NCBI GenBank assembly: GCA_030141605.1
Contig: JAQGDQ010000084.1
Span: 310,001-374,000 of the forward strand
DNA: 64,000 nucleotides
Direction of reading: 5' to 3'
Origin: Tubiluchus corallicola
Taxonomy: Eukaryota > Animalia > Priapulida
In this document: piece after piece, positions 26,370-39,451 of the stretch
Layout of the letters: every line of letters starts with the position of its first letter
Position numbering within the stretch: the stretch's first letter is position 1
Made by a program: the position numbers and the translations under genes
The notes under the pieces: model-generated
What the model saw: the letters and a program-made list of their open reading frames with translations, nothing else
What the model was told of the DNA's origin: nothing
Databases searched by the model: none

Positions 26370-27536
26370 CGCTTATTTTACAAACATAAACACGCGTACA
26401 ATTAACAAATCACACAGTTAAATAAACAACGCATATAGTAACACGTCTCTACAAATACAGGACTCTTTTTAAGCGAAGTTGATTAAAAAAATCCATAATA
26501 TATAACAGACACATCTACATATATATCACAGTGCTGACTGAATACATTAATTCTTAGCAAAAGTAATTCGTACTTCTTAATTTAGAATCGAGTATTGTTG
26601 AAATGTTGGGGAGATCTGGTGGAGAGAGGTTGTTGTGGAGTTGGGGGGGGGGGAGGGGGTGTTGTGCATTTATAAGCAGCTCTTCTACATTTAGGAAATA
26701 CAACGTTCATGGAAAAACTATGAGAATCAACAGATAAATCAATAAGGCTGATAATTATCCAAACTTTGATTAATTTAACATGAATTACATGGAATAATCT
26801 TCTAATGAGAAACTGCGACGGCAGAACGTGGAAGCTGAGACTCCCCAACGTGATGCTCCTGCTAGTAATCTATTTACTAATTGACCTGGCGTGCTTAACT
26901 TCAGTTGCACACGCCATAACCGCTAACTTTTCCACACAGTCTGAATTCATGCTATAAATAGCCAAATTTGAAATTTCTGTGACATCGTTGGGGTAATATA
27001 ATGTATAACGACACGTATGTTATTGTTGAGACGATTCTAATGGATATGAGTAAACATGTTCCAGAAACAAACGCTTTAATGAGTGAACGATTTTAGTGTG
27101 AATAGGTTAAGTAGACCGACCTACAGCAACTGCGCGTTCGCATAACGAAACTTTGAAAATTTTATTTTTATTGAGTAATAATATCGTATGTTTGACATTG
27201 ATTACGACAAGAAAGTAACAAGAAAAACCGTTTGCAGAACTGAAATTGATTGTATCAGCCTGGTGCTTCTGCCTTTATACATCTTGCTGGTTCATTATCA
27301 ACATTCACGTCTTTCACACAGTCCATAGAGTAAAGGTGTTTGTTCAGAAGAAACTTGTGTAAACAACTTTGCAGATGGTAATTGAACGTGACGTTTACTA
27401 ACTTAAACAGAGTCCCAATTAATGCAACACTTTCCCAGCATCAGTAATGTGGGCGTCATTAATTTACGCTGAAAGTAAGATGCTGAAAATGACTGTAAAT
27501 GCGTGGCGGTTCACTGTAATCTTAACCAAAAGTGTT

Positions 27537-27707
<171 letters not shown>

Positions 27708-28392
27708 GCGTTGGGCAACAATTAAAAATCCTTAACAATTAACATATAATTGTTAAACAGAAATTTACGTATTTAAATGAAGAGATTAATTTAATCGGTA
27801 CTAGTTTTGGATTTACGAAAGAGTAGTGCAATGTAGTTTGGAGAACTTTTTTTCACTTCAAGATTACCTTGATTAATTGCATTATTAATCCAAAGTTTTT
27901 TTATTGTTACATAACAAACGTGACCCGTTTTTCACTCAAAATCAAAATGCTATTTATATTTTATGCAAGATTGACCCTATTCTGTCGCCCACTAATTTAT
28001 AGTACACGTATTTTCTTTATTCTGGATTACTTGGTTAAATAGCAAATTTCATAATTTCAAAAATTAATAATGTTTCCTAAATTAAACTGACAACATTAAT
28101 TTTCATGCCCTCGAGTGTCTAATGATCATTTTATCTATATTCGGTGAAGTATAGCAGATTAGATGACTTTGTAGTCTTTTCTCTATCCTTCCTCTAGTTT
28201 TATATATATCTATTGCAACCATTCTTCAAAACTTATTAGTGATTTTGTTGTTAATAATGTTCTATTGTAAGTGTTATGAAGAGATACATAAATTGAAATT
28301 GAACTGAATCGTTGTCTGGAAGACTTGACCTTTGACCTTTTCGCGATCATTATCAATCGGTGGAACTGTGAAAAAGGCTTATTCTCTTAATA

Positions 28393-28882
28393 ACCGGACC
28401 CAATCTTAAACTGTGACTCAAAAGAATCTACCATATAAAATATTGAAAGGAAACATACTGTTTTTTCAAAAATGACTTACGTGAAAGAATTATTACCACA
28501 CAAACACAATTCCACATTCGCGCCACTAGTTCTTCGCTGTTACATGCATTTCGTCATTCGCTAGTTAGACGGGCACAAGCACCTGCATTTCGAAACTTGC
28601 CTAGTTTTAGTACAACACACTGAATACTTACAGTAGTACTGTACTTCAATTTTCGCTTTCTCAAACACGTGTACAACACGCTCGTGAAATAGTTTTTGCT
28701 GTTGTAAATTACGTTAGTTTGTGATGTCATCAATAGTTTAGCTCGCCCGCTACTTAATTAAATTCTTAATCTATTATTTAATTATCAGATATGCTTTTGC
28801 AGTATTAATTGTGTTAAAATCTATACTTTTTATCGGACTTGAAAATGGTTTAGTATATGAAAAATAATCCTGTCTTCCTTCC
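28393..28882 (-). mobile_element. K3 family copy with internal deletion (M-family fragment just upstream at ~28312-28383)
   Basis: Homology to 16459-17072 with ~150 bp missing at ~28592. Confidence 0.78.
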
Positions 28883-29367
28883 AAGACAAAACTCTATGTG
28901 CAAAAAGGAAAAAAACATGAACAAATTTGATTTGAATCACGTTTAACATTTTAGACTAGGTCTATTTGCTACCTTTGATGTGATTCCTTTTCTTCAACAT
29001 AAGAGTTGTGTGATTTAACGGCTTATTTAAATCTCTCAACTAACGGCTTAAAAATATTTTTGAAATGTCACTGATAGAATAAACCATCAAATATAAAGGA
29101 CACATGGAGAGTTTAACTGGATGATAGTGAAGATTGTAGAACTGCAAGAAGCCTTGTAGAGTAGGAATGGTAGGATGGTAGACAGTCTTCCCAATTCTTA
29201 GCGTTCAGTTGCCATGACTCTCGTGGCCATAGAAAAGACATATCAACTTTTTAACACTCACACAATTCCGTGTTTTCGAACCGCTGGACGATGGTACTCT
29301 TAGGCTTTGCATTCAATTATGCACGAAATTTCCACGTGGTATTACCAAACATGTGAAGCGAGATATG

Positions 29368-30054
<687 letters not shown>

Positions 30055-30315
30055 CTGGCAGCTCGATTGACATCTGTAAGTTACGTTTAACTTTGCTAAA
30101 GTTTCTGTTTGAAGTTGTCCCTTGCTATAAAGATCTTCTACTTAATATAAATATCTCTAACAGAACCACACTGAGCTGTTTCTGTGTTGGAATGACTGCC
30201 TGGTTAGTTTTTGTAGTAAAGAGGGAGTAATCAATTTACTCAGTTTAATCAGGTTAGGTCTCCTGGTCACTACAGCAGTAGAGCAAAATTCGGCGCTAAT
30301 TTTCTAGGGTCATTA

Positions 30316-30709
30316 AATATGCCTTTTCACAGTTCTAGGCATTAATGATGATCGTGGAAAGGTCAAAGGTTACGTGTACCAGACAACGCATTTGTGTACA
30401 CTTGACAACGCCTTGCAGTCAAGCTATTGCAATACTAGCAGTTTTAACAGCTAGCTAGAAAGTTACCTAGTTCATTTTTTCTTGTTCCCAAGCAAGATCC
30501 TGCTAGTAAGTCACTCTACACGCAGACTAATGCATAATTAAGTAAAGTCTGCGCAAAACAACTGAATTTACTGAACTGATACGGGAGATGGCATTGCTTT
30601 ACACACACGTCAAGTGACAGTTGTAGTTGAGACGCTTTGCTGTGGTACACTTAACCTTTGACCTACAGCAACTGCGCGTGCGCAAAACGAAACCGTGAAA
30701 AGGCTTATT
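30316..30709 (-). mobile_element. MITE family M
   Basis: TIRs and homology. Confidence 0.82.
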
Positions 30710-31329
30710 AATCATTGTAAGCGTGATCACGATTCCTCTTTTTGCGTAAAAAATGATTTATGAATGCTCAAAATTGTTTCACTAATTTTGAAAAATCGTT
30801 TATTAATATTAAGAAATCATTTACGAATATTAAAAAAATGACTTATTGATACTCAAAATCCACTTACTGGTATTCGAAAATAAGCATTAAATTTCACTTT
30901 GGCGTTCCATATGTAGTAGAATTCTGTTGCTTGTGCTCACAATGTGCTCGAAGCCTCGACAGTATCAAGTTAATTCCAATTCAGTTTATTTATCTTACAT
31001 GTCTAACTCACAAATGTTGGAAAAACAGTTAATGATAAATATTAAAATGGAATGTCAACAACATCAACTTTTAATGCAAACGAGAATCGTAAAACATCCA
31101 GGAAATCTAAATTACATCAACTCAAATATTGGCTAAATGCAGAAAGCTAAAAGCTTCTGCAGGAACAATGATAATAATTGCGTAGATACAGCTGAATGGT
31201 TTGGGCGCATTTATAATGTGGCTCGCTAGGGGGCTAAGGTTCCCTTTGAGATGGGAAACGTGTTGCCTTCTCACAGAGGATGTGATCAGGGTCGTCGAGA
31301 GCCATTGTGAGCCCACGGGGCAGCAGGCA

Positions 31330-32135
31330 TTAAAGCAAAATCGGACCCAATCTTAAACTGTCGATCAAAAAAATCAACTCATTAAAATATTGAAAGGAAA
31401 CATACAATTTCTTTTCAAAAATGACTTTTGTAAAAGAATTATTACCGCGGAAACACAATTTCGCGTTCGCGTCACTAGTTCTTCGCTGTTACATGCATTT
31501 CGCCTTTCACTAGTTAAGTGGTATTTATGTAGAATGCGGATGCGGATGTGGATGCGTTTAGGGGTGCGGATTAGATGAAATCGGTTTATATTGTCTTCAA
31601 CACACCCGTTTATGCACCCTACGTATGCGCTATTCTTTTTCTGCAGCTATCCCGCAGGTGGAGAACGCGTACGCATGATACATAAACACCACTTTAGACG
31701 GGCATTAGCGCCTGCAGTTTCAAAACGCGTTACACGAAAAAACAGGTGCTGTACCTCTCAGTTTAGATGTGTTAATTTGTGACAAACTGTTCAAGTTCGA
31801 CTGCTCATGGGTGAGCACAGCAGCAAATTTGAATTTGAATTTTTATCTAAAAATTTGCCTAGTTTTAGTACAACACGCTGAATATCTTACAGTAGCACCG
31901 TACTTCAATTTTCGCTTTCACAGACACGTGCAACATGCTCGCGGAATATTTTTGCGTTGAAAATTATATTAGTTTGTGATGTCATCAATAGTTGGGCTCG
32001 CCTGTCGTTAATGAAGTTTTAAATCTATTATTTAATTATCAGATACTATTGCAGTATTAATTGCGTTAAAATGTGTACTTTTTATCGAACTTGAAAATAG
32101 GATAATGTATGAAAAATCATCCTGTCTTCCTTTAA
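31330..32135 (-). mobile_element. K3 family copy with nested Harbinger-like MITE
   Basis: TTAA|AGC...TCCT|TTAA; homology to other K3 copies. Confidence 0.82.
31517..31693. mobile_element. PIF/Harbinger (Tourist-like) MITE
   Basis: TTA|AGTGGTATTTATGTA...TACATAAACACCACT|TTA; other K3 copies show the empty site ctagTTAgacggg. Confidence 0.82.
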
Positions 32136-32694
32136 CTCCACTTTTACTCTATCTTTACTACGTTACCATGACGCACTTGCCAACATCTTCTGTAATTTTC
32201 TGAATCTAAATTATATTTACCGCAGCAGAATGTGTTTACCTTATTAATTTAGCGCGCATTTGATGCACGCCTGCCAATGTGTGTCCATTAACGATCTTAT
32301 TACGTTCTCTAAACATAGCAAATATTCGAAACAAAACGGAAATGTCTATATTCACTATACGAGCTCAGTATGTACATCCGAATGTTTTACTGGTTAAGCA
32401 TTGCGTCCCATGGTTTCTTTATTGACACGTCGATTTCTTTAACAACAGCACAATAATACATGCTGTGTACCTAGAGGTTTCCTTGTTGAAGCTGTTAATG
32501 CATACATGTCTATAATTCTCCACACAAAAACCTTGCTGCAGTATGAATAAGTGTTATATCGTATAATAAAACAATAATATTGCCCGTAATATTACGTAAT
32601 ATTTTATTATCCTAGCCGTGATACGACTTCTTTAACACCTATATGCTAGACATTCGAGAATTACACTCCAAATGTTGAGAAATTGATAGTTCGC

Positions 32695-33155
32695 AATAAG
32701 CTTTTTCACAGTTCCAGCGATTGATGATGATCGTGAAAAGGTCAAAGGTTAAGTGTACTAGACAACGCATTTGTGTACACTTGACAATGCCTCGCAGCCC
32801 AAGTAATAGTAACAGTTTTAACTAGCTACTGTAATAGTAGCAGTTTTAACAGCTATTGTAATAGTAACAGTTTTAACAGCTATTGTAATAGTAACAGTTT
32901 TAACAGCTATTGTAATAGCAACAGTTTTAGCAGCTAGCTAGAATCTTACCTAGTTCATTTTTTCTTGTTCCCAAGCAAAATTCTGCTAGTAAATTACTTT
33001 TAGCACAGACTGGTGCATAATTAAGTAAAGTCAACGTAAAACAACTGAACTTACTGAACTGATGCGCTAAGCGACTTTGCTTTACACATGTCACGTGGCG
33101 GTTGTAGTTAAGACACGTTGCTGTGGTACACTTAACCTTTGACTTACAGCAACTC
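32695..33155 (-). mobile_element. MITE family M, truncated, with an internal 27-bp tandem expansion (~5 copies, 32803-32935)
   Basis: Homology to 30316-30709; unit tattgtaatagtaacagttttaacagc. Confidence 0.8.
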
Positions 33156-34083
33156 AGTTGTACTAAAACGTAGTTAAGTCTTTATAATGTAATAAATCAA
33201 TATATCTTTTGTGTACTAATATGATTTAATACCATTACTTTCACATCGCCAATGCAAATATCATTATGTAAAAATCATATAAATTACTTCTAATAATTAT
33301 GCGCATATTTTAATTCATCTGTTCTATCTAGGTAACAATACATCAAAATAAAAAGATGCTTATATATTACCGAAAACTACTGTTTTCATACCGTGATTGT
33401 AAGTATCATTGATAAAAACCATGTTCAATTTAATTCAATTCAAATTTTTATTTCGGTAACTTATTTCGATAACACACGTAAATTATTTCTAATAATTAAG
33501 CACATACTTTAATTCATCTGTTCTTCGTTTCTATTTAATTTACGTCAAATTAGAAAGATGCTTTGACACAAACAACTTCACGAAATCACATCTGGGTCGG
33601 TAACTTTGAGATAATATTTGAACTTGGGGCAAATTATGAACCAGTCTAGCTCTCCCGCCTTTTTCTCCAATATTAAAATCAAAACCACTAAAGTTTTCGA
33701 CATCCATATTGGTTGAATCATCAGCATAGTGAGAACGAACCGAGTTCGAATCCGAGTGGGAAAACTTTCCAACCGATATTATAATTCCTTACATACCTAC
33801 TCCTGCGTCTTCTACGAAATTTCACAGTTTATTCTAAAAACCGTGAGGTTTAAGACTGTATTATGGACTTTACGAAATGGCAAGCCCCGAAGGAGCATTG
33901 ACTTAATAAAGAAATATGGCAGAAGGTAATGGTCACTGGTCTCCAATGACCACAAGAGCATTCTCGAACATGTGTTTGAACAGGAGTACTCCAGTTTCCC
34001 ATTAGCAATTACTGGAGTTGCACCTGGAATCATAATCATATCTACAAAGCCTAGGGATTCTCATGGTTCTCGTTTCAAAATGA

Positions 34084-34591
34084 TTAAAGGAAAGAACAAC
34101 TCATTCTGCATGTTGGGTTTATTTTACTGTTATCACTTAAACTTAGAAAAATATAACAAAGAAATTTGCGAAAAACTTTCTAGAAAGCATAGATTTAAAA
34201 TACACTACCTGTGAATAGAAATTTTCAGACGTGGTGGTTGCCACCATTCACTTGAAAATTATGACGTAGCTGGGAAACATTGTGACTTTTCGTAAGCACC
34301 TCATGGCTGCTTATGTTAATTCAAACTTCTACAGCTTACCTAATGTTCACGCAAAAATATTACAAAATTAGCTGTTTAATTTTTTCGTTATACTTTTGAC
34401 GAAGATTGACAATGCGCTACTTTTCTTCAAGACGAATGACGTCATTGGAAGAAGAATGGGCGTTGAAAATGGGAGCGTCCAAGCATGAAGTGATCGCGAC
34501 TTTAAAGTGATTTTACTAATTACACGAGGCGCTTTTTTTCGCGAACATTGAAATAAGCCTAACGTCCTAGAAAGCTTGTGTTTTCCTTTAA
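34084..34591 (-). mobile_element. K1 family copy
   Basis: TTAA|AGGAAAG...TTTCCT|TTAA; reverse homology to 1608 and 5221. Confidence 0.82.
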
Positions 34592-35049
34592 TAGATCTTC
34601 AAGCAAACACCTGGAACAGCTGACAAAAAGAGGAGCTTTTGAAAATCTAGAGGCAGCAGTTGAAAAAGATAACAAAACTCGGACGCGGATTAGACACAAA
34701 AGTCACTTTCAGCTTTTGTGATTCAAAATTTGCAAACACAAATGTTGAATCAGCGAAGGACGCAATTTTGAAGTTCAAATCAGCACGACGGCGAAGTTTC
34801 TGTCACATCTGAACGAAAAATACGACATAGACTCACGTGTCTAGAACTCATGAAGTCGTTATGTTCGAAGATTAATTTCAACAAATAAAGTGAAATGGTT
34901 AGCTGTCAAATGCATTACACCCACCCCCCCTCCCCTCTAAAACCAAGGACAATCCAGGTCGTCCTGTCTTTCATCGTTGTAGACTTCCATGTGTCGTAGT
35001 AACAGTAAAATTGTTGATTGGTGACAGTCGAACCACAACTGTTACAAGT

Positions 35050-35400
35050 ACTTATAGTTAAAACAACAACTAATAACTGTAACATGCCGTCTGGTACTGC
35101 CTTGTAAATAATCTTATAGTTAAAACAGCATAACTTTATTAAAACTTTTACTTTACATAGTTAAAAATAATGCCAAACGTTTCGACAGACTATTGTTGTC
35201 ATCATCAGTGGTAAATTTACAAACAAACAACCAGTTTATATAGGCAGAGCATATTGTGCACTAATTAAGTAATTAACAGAAGCCAAATAGGTAATGAATA
35301 CGTAAACCGACCAGCAGCTAGTCGTAAACGTTTGGCATGATTTTAATTTTTAACTTTTAATGGAAAAATTTTAATGAAACTGTGTTGTTTTTAACTATAA
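35050..35400. mobile_element. Penelope-like pseudo-LTR remnant with inverted partial copy
   Basis: 35115-35186 is an imperfect reverse complement of 35321-35400; hammerhead motif present. Confidence 0.6.
35171..35213 (-). ncRNA. Minimal type I hammerhead ribozyme motif of Penelope-like elements
   Basis: Minus strand: cca CTGATGA t gaca-acaatagtc-tgtc GAAA C GTT tgg; complete core, helix I cca/tgg, helix II gaca/tgtc, palindromic AACGTT. Confidence 0.7.
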
Positions 35401-35625
35401 ATGTTTTTATGTGCCAGTGATAAAAATAGGCTTGTTACAAGTATTTCAAAAGGTTATTCATCTTGTACGTCTCTTTTGCGAACACAGTGGTGCTTCTCCC
35501 TCCTGGGCATCTCCCTCTTTGTGTCAGGAGAAAGTGAGATGCCGTAAAAGCAAGTCTTTCTTTATGAAACATTAACACAGAATTCGTGCTTTCTTATGTT
35601 GCTCTAACCGATGATTCATTGTATT

Positions 35626-35775
35626 GATGTACTTAGATCCAGATCATGCGCTTAGATCCAGAGGATGTACTTAGATCGAGATGATGTACTTAGTTCCATA
35701 TGATGTACTTAGATCCAGATGGTGTACTTAGATCTAGATAATGTACTTAGATCCAGATCATGTACTCAGATCCAA
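35626..35775. repeat. 19-bp minisatellite, ~8 copies
   Basis: Unit gatgatgtacttagatcca. Confidence 0.92.
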
Positions 35776-35800
35776 ACGGTGGCAGCTATAGCTTTAGTTT

Positions 35801-36930
35801 TTAAAGGAAGACAGGATGATTTTTCATATACTACCCCATTTTCAAGTCCAATAAAAAGTATACATTTTAACACAATTAATACTGCAGAAGTGTTTCAGAT
35901 AATTAAATGATAGATTAAAATCTTAATTAACGGCGGGCGAGCCCAACTATTGATGACATCACAAACTAACAAAATTTTCAACATCAAAAATATTTCATGA
36001 GCGTGTTGCAGATGTTTGCGAACGAGAAATTTGAGGTACAATGCTACCGTACAGAATTCAGTGTAATATGCAAAAACTCCGCGAATTTTAAGTTAAAACA
36101 TTTAAATTTCAAGTCTACAGCTGTGCTCATGCTTTGAGCTTTCGAAAATGTGCGCCACATCACAACTGAACACATCTGACCTGAGAGGTACAGCGCCTGT
36201 TTTTGTGCTACGCATATCCGAGATTCAGGCGCTAATGCCCGACTAACTGGCAAATGGTGAAATGCATGTAACAGCGAAGAACTAACCGCCAGAAAGCGAA
36301 ATTAAGTTTCTGCTTCATAATAATAATAAGGTAATAATTAATAGTAATTTCAGGACATAGCCCAGGGATAACACCTTAAGTAACTCAACCCTTATTTCCA
36401 AGGTGGTACTGGTTATTATTACCTGCATGCTACTTCAATAAACAAGAACGTTATAAATAAGTACGTTATAAACTTGTACATTATAAACAAGTACATTATG
36501 AACAAGTACGTTACAGACTTGTGCGTTATAAACAACGATGTTATAAACTTTACATTACAAAAAAGTACGTTATAAACTTGTACGTTACAAACAAGTATGT
36601 TATAAACGTGTAATTTATAAACAAGTACGCTACGAACAATTACGTTATAAACAAGTATGCTACAAACAATTACGTTATAAGCAAGTACGTTATAAACTTG
36701 TAAGTTACAAAAAAGTACGCTGCAAACAATTATGTTATAAACAAGTCCGTTATAAACAAGTACGTTACAAACAAATACGTTATAAACAGCACGTTATAAA
36801 CAAGTACGTTATAAACAAGTACAATTCTTCACGTAAGTTATTTTTTAAAAAACAAGATGTTCTCTTTCAATTTTTCGTAGAATAGATTGTTTTGGGCTGT
36901 AAGTTAAGATTGGGTCAGGTTTTCCTTTAA
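35801..36930 (+). mobile_element. K3 family copy with internal insertion
   Basis: TTAA|AGGAAGACAGG...GGTTTTCCT|TTAA. Confidence 0.82.
36437..36822. repeat. 15-bp minisatellite (ttataaacaagtacg)n, ~25 copies, inside K3
   Basis: Direct inspection. Confidence 0.92.
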
Positions 36931-38735
36931 GCATTGTGCTTAGTTCGCTCTTGTCCAGAACCAAACTTCCATAAATCGAAACCTTCGCTCGATAATCTTG
37001 CAAGTTGCAACTCTTTTGGGACTTCTCATCAAATTACGGTTATGTTAATACGATCTGCGAATGAAGCGACACTGATACTCCTCCGTTTCACCCACTTCCG
37101 GGTCCCTGAAGAGTTTGAGAGTTTGCGTTGCCGGTGGCAGGTTGTCATGTAAATGTATTCTTATACAAGATTAATCGTGGTAATCTAAATTTGCTCTCTG
37201 CCTGTATACATATGAAAGCTTGTGCTTTGATTGCAAGTCACTTCATACAGGCTTTAGAATAAAATATGATGAACGGATAAGATCTGGGACTGCATTTAAT
37301 ACATTTTATCATTCAATGTAGGGGAGACCGGGGATGATTGTAACACCGCGTATTTTCCCTTGTAAATACGTAAACGCTTAGTTACTGTGTTATAGACTGG
37401 TACCTAGACAAAGCACACAAAATCCTCTACAAATGTTGTCATTAACGTTGTAATGGATTACTTGTAAATATATAAAAGCTTAATTATTATTATTATTATT
37501 ATTTATAAAATTATGTACAAAATACATTACCTCTATTTGTAGGAATATGTTTAAAATTTGTAAAAGCATTTAAAACGTATTAAACCTATTCACACATATA
37601 TATATTATTATAGAATCTAACGCATGAGACACAATGAACGACAACGATTATATACAATAGACATAGTTACAGATTATAACCCATCACAACGTGCATACAT
37701 AATAAAAAATAACTAACATATTTTAATACATAGTAACAAAACCTACACGCATTACACACAATGACAAACAGCGAGTACAATTATAATAAACATAATTACC
37801 AATTCTCATGCAAATTCACATAATCATAAATAAAAATAAAACGCCTAGCGAGTGTGTTATAGACTAGTACCTAGACAAAGTACACAAAATCCTTTACAAG
37901 TGTGATCATTAACATTGTAAGGGATTACGTAACAACAAGTCCCTTGCTCGGGTTATGTTGTAACACAGCCTAGGACAAAATGAAACAGTGGTAGTTATAT
38001 TTAGTTATCTGGCCTGATTTTGACAGTGAACCTAGACTCAGTAGTACGCTTAATAACAGAAACAAGCCAATGCACAAGTACATGGCAGCCATTTCAGAAC
38101 AGTGAAATTTCATTCATATTGTACTGAAAAACTACTGATCAAGTTTTTAACAACTAAATTATTCAACATAATGTCTAGCAATAAATCTTAATTCTGATAA
38201 AGAAATGTTGATCAAAATCAATGATAATTGCTGATAAGTGATGGCTTAGTAGGTGGAATCGTTAGAATCGCAATTGTGGCATGTATAAAATGGCCCTGTT
38301 GAACTATGGCGTTAACACTAGCCCCAAGTGGACTTTTGTACAGACTAACCATGATTTAAAAAATATTTCAGTGCTTTAAAAAAACTTGTTATAGCATAGA
38401 TGATTGTGTAAACACGAGTTCAGAATGAAGAATGCTCTAAAATATTGAAAACTACAATAGCTTATTTTAAATCAAAGTTTAGATTAAATAATAATTACCT
38501 CGGACACTCAAATTTCGTTAAACTTTCAAAGCTACGTGCGGCTCAGTGAATCTACTAAGATTGGCAATGGCGCCTTTTTGTCATGTGCGCGTGGCCGACA
38601 AATAGAAGGCGGTACCGTGATAACCATGATCATGAACTGTTGTGTTAGTTTCATGACGTCATATGATGTACAGCCCATTTTCGTGACATCACACACTTAA
38701 GCAGTAACACTTATGCCAATGTGCTTGATGCGCAG

Positions 38736-39451
38736 GGGAAGACGCCTGCCTTTGCACAAACTGTGGTTAGTTTCTGACGTAAGCAATAGCTATGTTCGGT
38801 TGCCGTTGATTAACTTTCCAAGCTAATTATTCAAATATAGGCTGCATAAGATTATGGATATCCATAAAATAAGACCAAAAATCCATAAAATAAAATTTGA
38901 AAAATGCATAAAATAAGAAATGCATAAAATAAAAAAACATTTTTTTGTGATTTTTTTGTACAAAATAAGGCAATCAAAACTGAATACAGGCATTGGATCG
39001 GAAACTTCAGCCTAGAGGGCATTCTACATTCGTACCAAATAGATGAATTATTTGAACTGAAGTGATGAATTACAAGGCATTGTCTCGTAAAATTTGATTA
39101 AACTTGAAGTGATATGAAACCGATAAAATTAAAACGAAACTGATAAAATTAAAACTAAGTCCTGCGTGTTTAAAAACACGTTTCAAGCACTCCTGTTTTT
39201 ACTTTTTAATTGATTTCCCCCTGCGCATCTCGTTCCAGGTATAGTCTATTTCTTATTTTATTGATATCCATAAAATAAAATTTCAAAAATCCATAAAATA
39301 AGCTATTTTATTTATTTTATACATATCCATAATCTTATGCACCCTGATTATATAAGGAACAATTGTTAACTTTTATAGGCTAGAAAATGTATATTTTGGA
39401 CAGTAAATTAAAATGAGATTGAGTCTAAACAATCGTCCGGTCTTCCTTTAA
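38736..39451. mobile_element. Kolobok-like family K4 segment, split by a hAT-like MITE
   Basis: Homologous to uninterrupted 55444-55645; ends CCGGTCTTCCT|TTAA; left end not resolved. Confidence 0.7.
38838..39346. mobile_element. hAT-like MITE
   Basis: TAGGCTGCATAAGATTATGGATAT / ATATCCATAATCTTATGCACCCTG TIRs; cataaaataa subterminal repeats; no clean TSD. Confidence 0.75.

Noticed and set aside
33580-34070. Minus-strand frame containing HYADDST, resembling a reverse-transcriptase YADD motif
   Set aside because: No convincing upstream QG/SP or LGP motif and the frame is broken by stops; could be a very old LINE, which needs a profile search.
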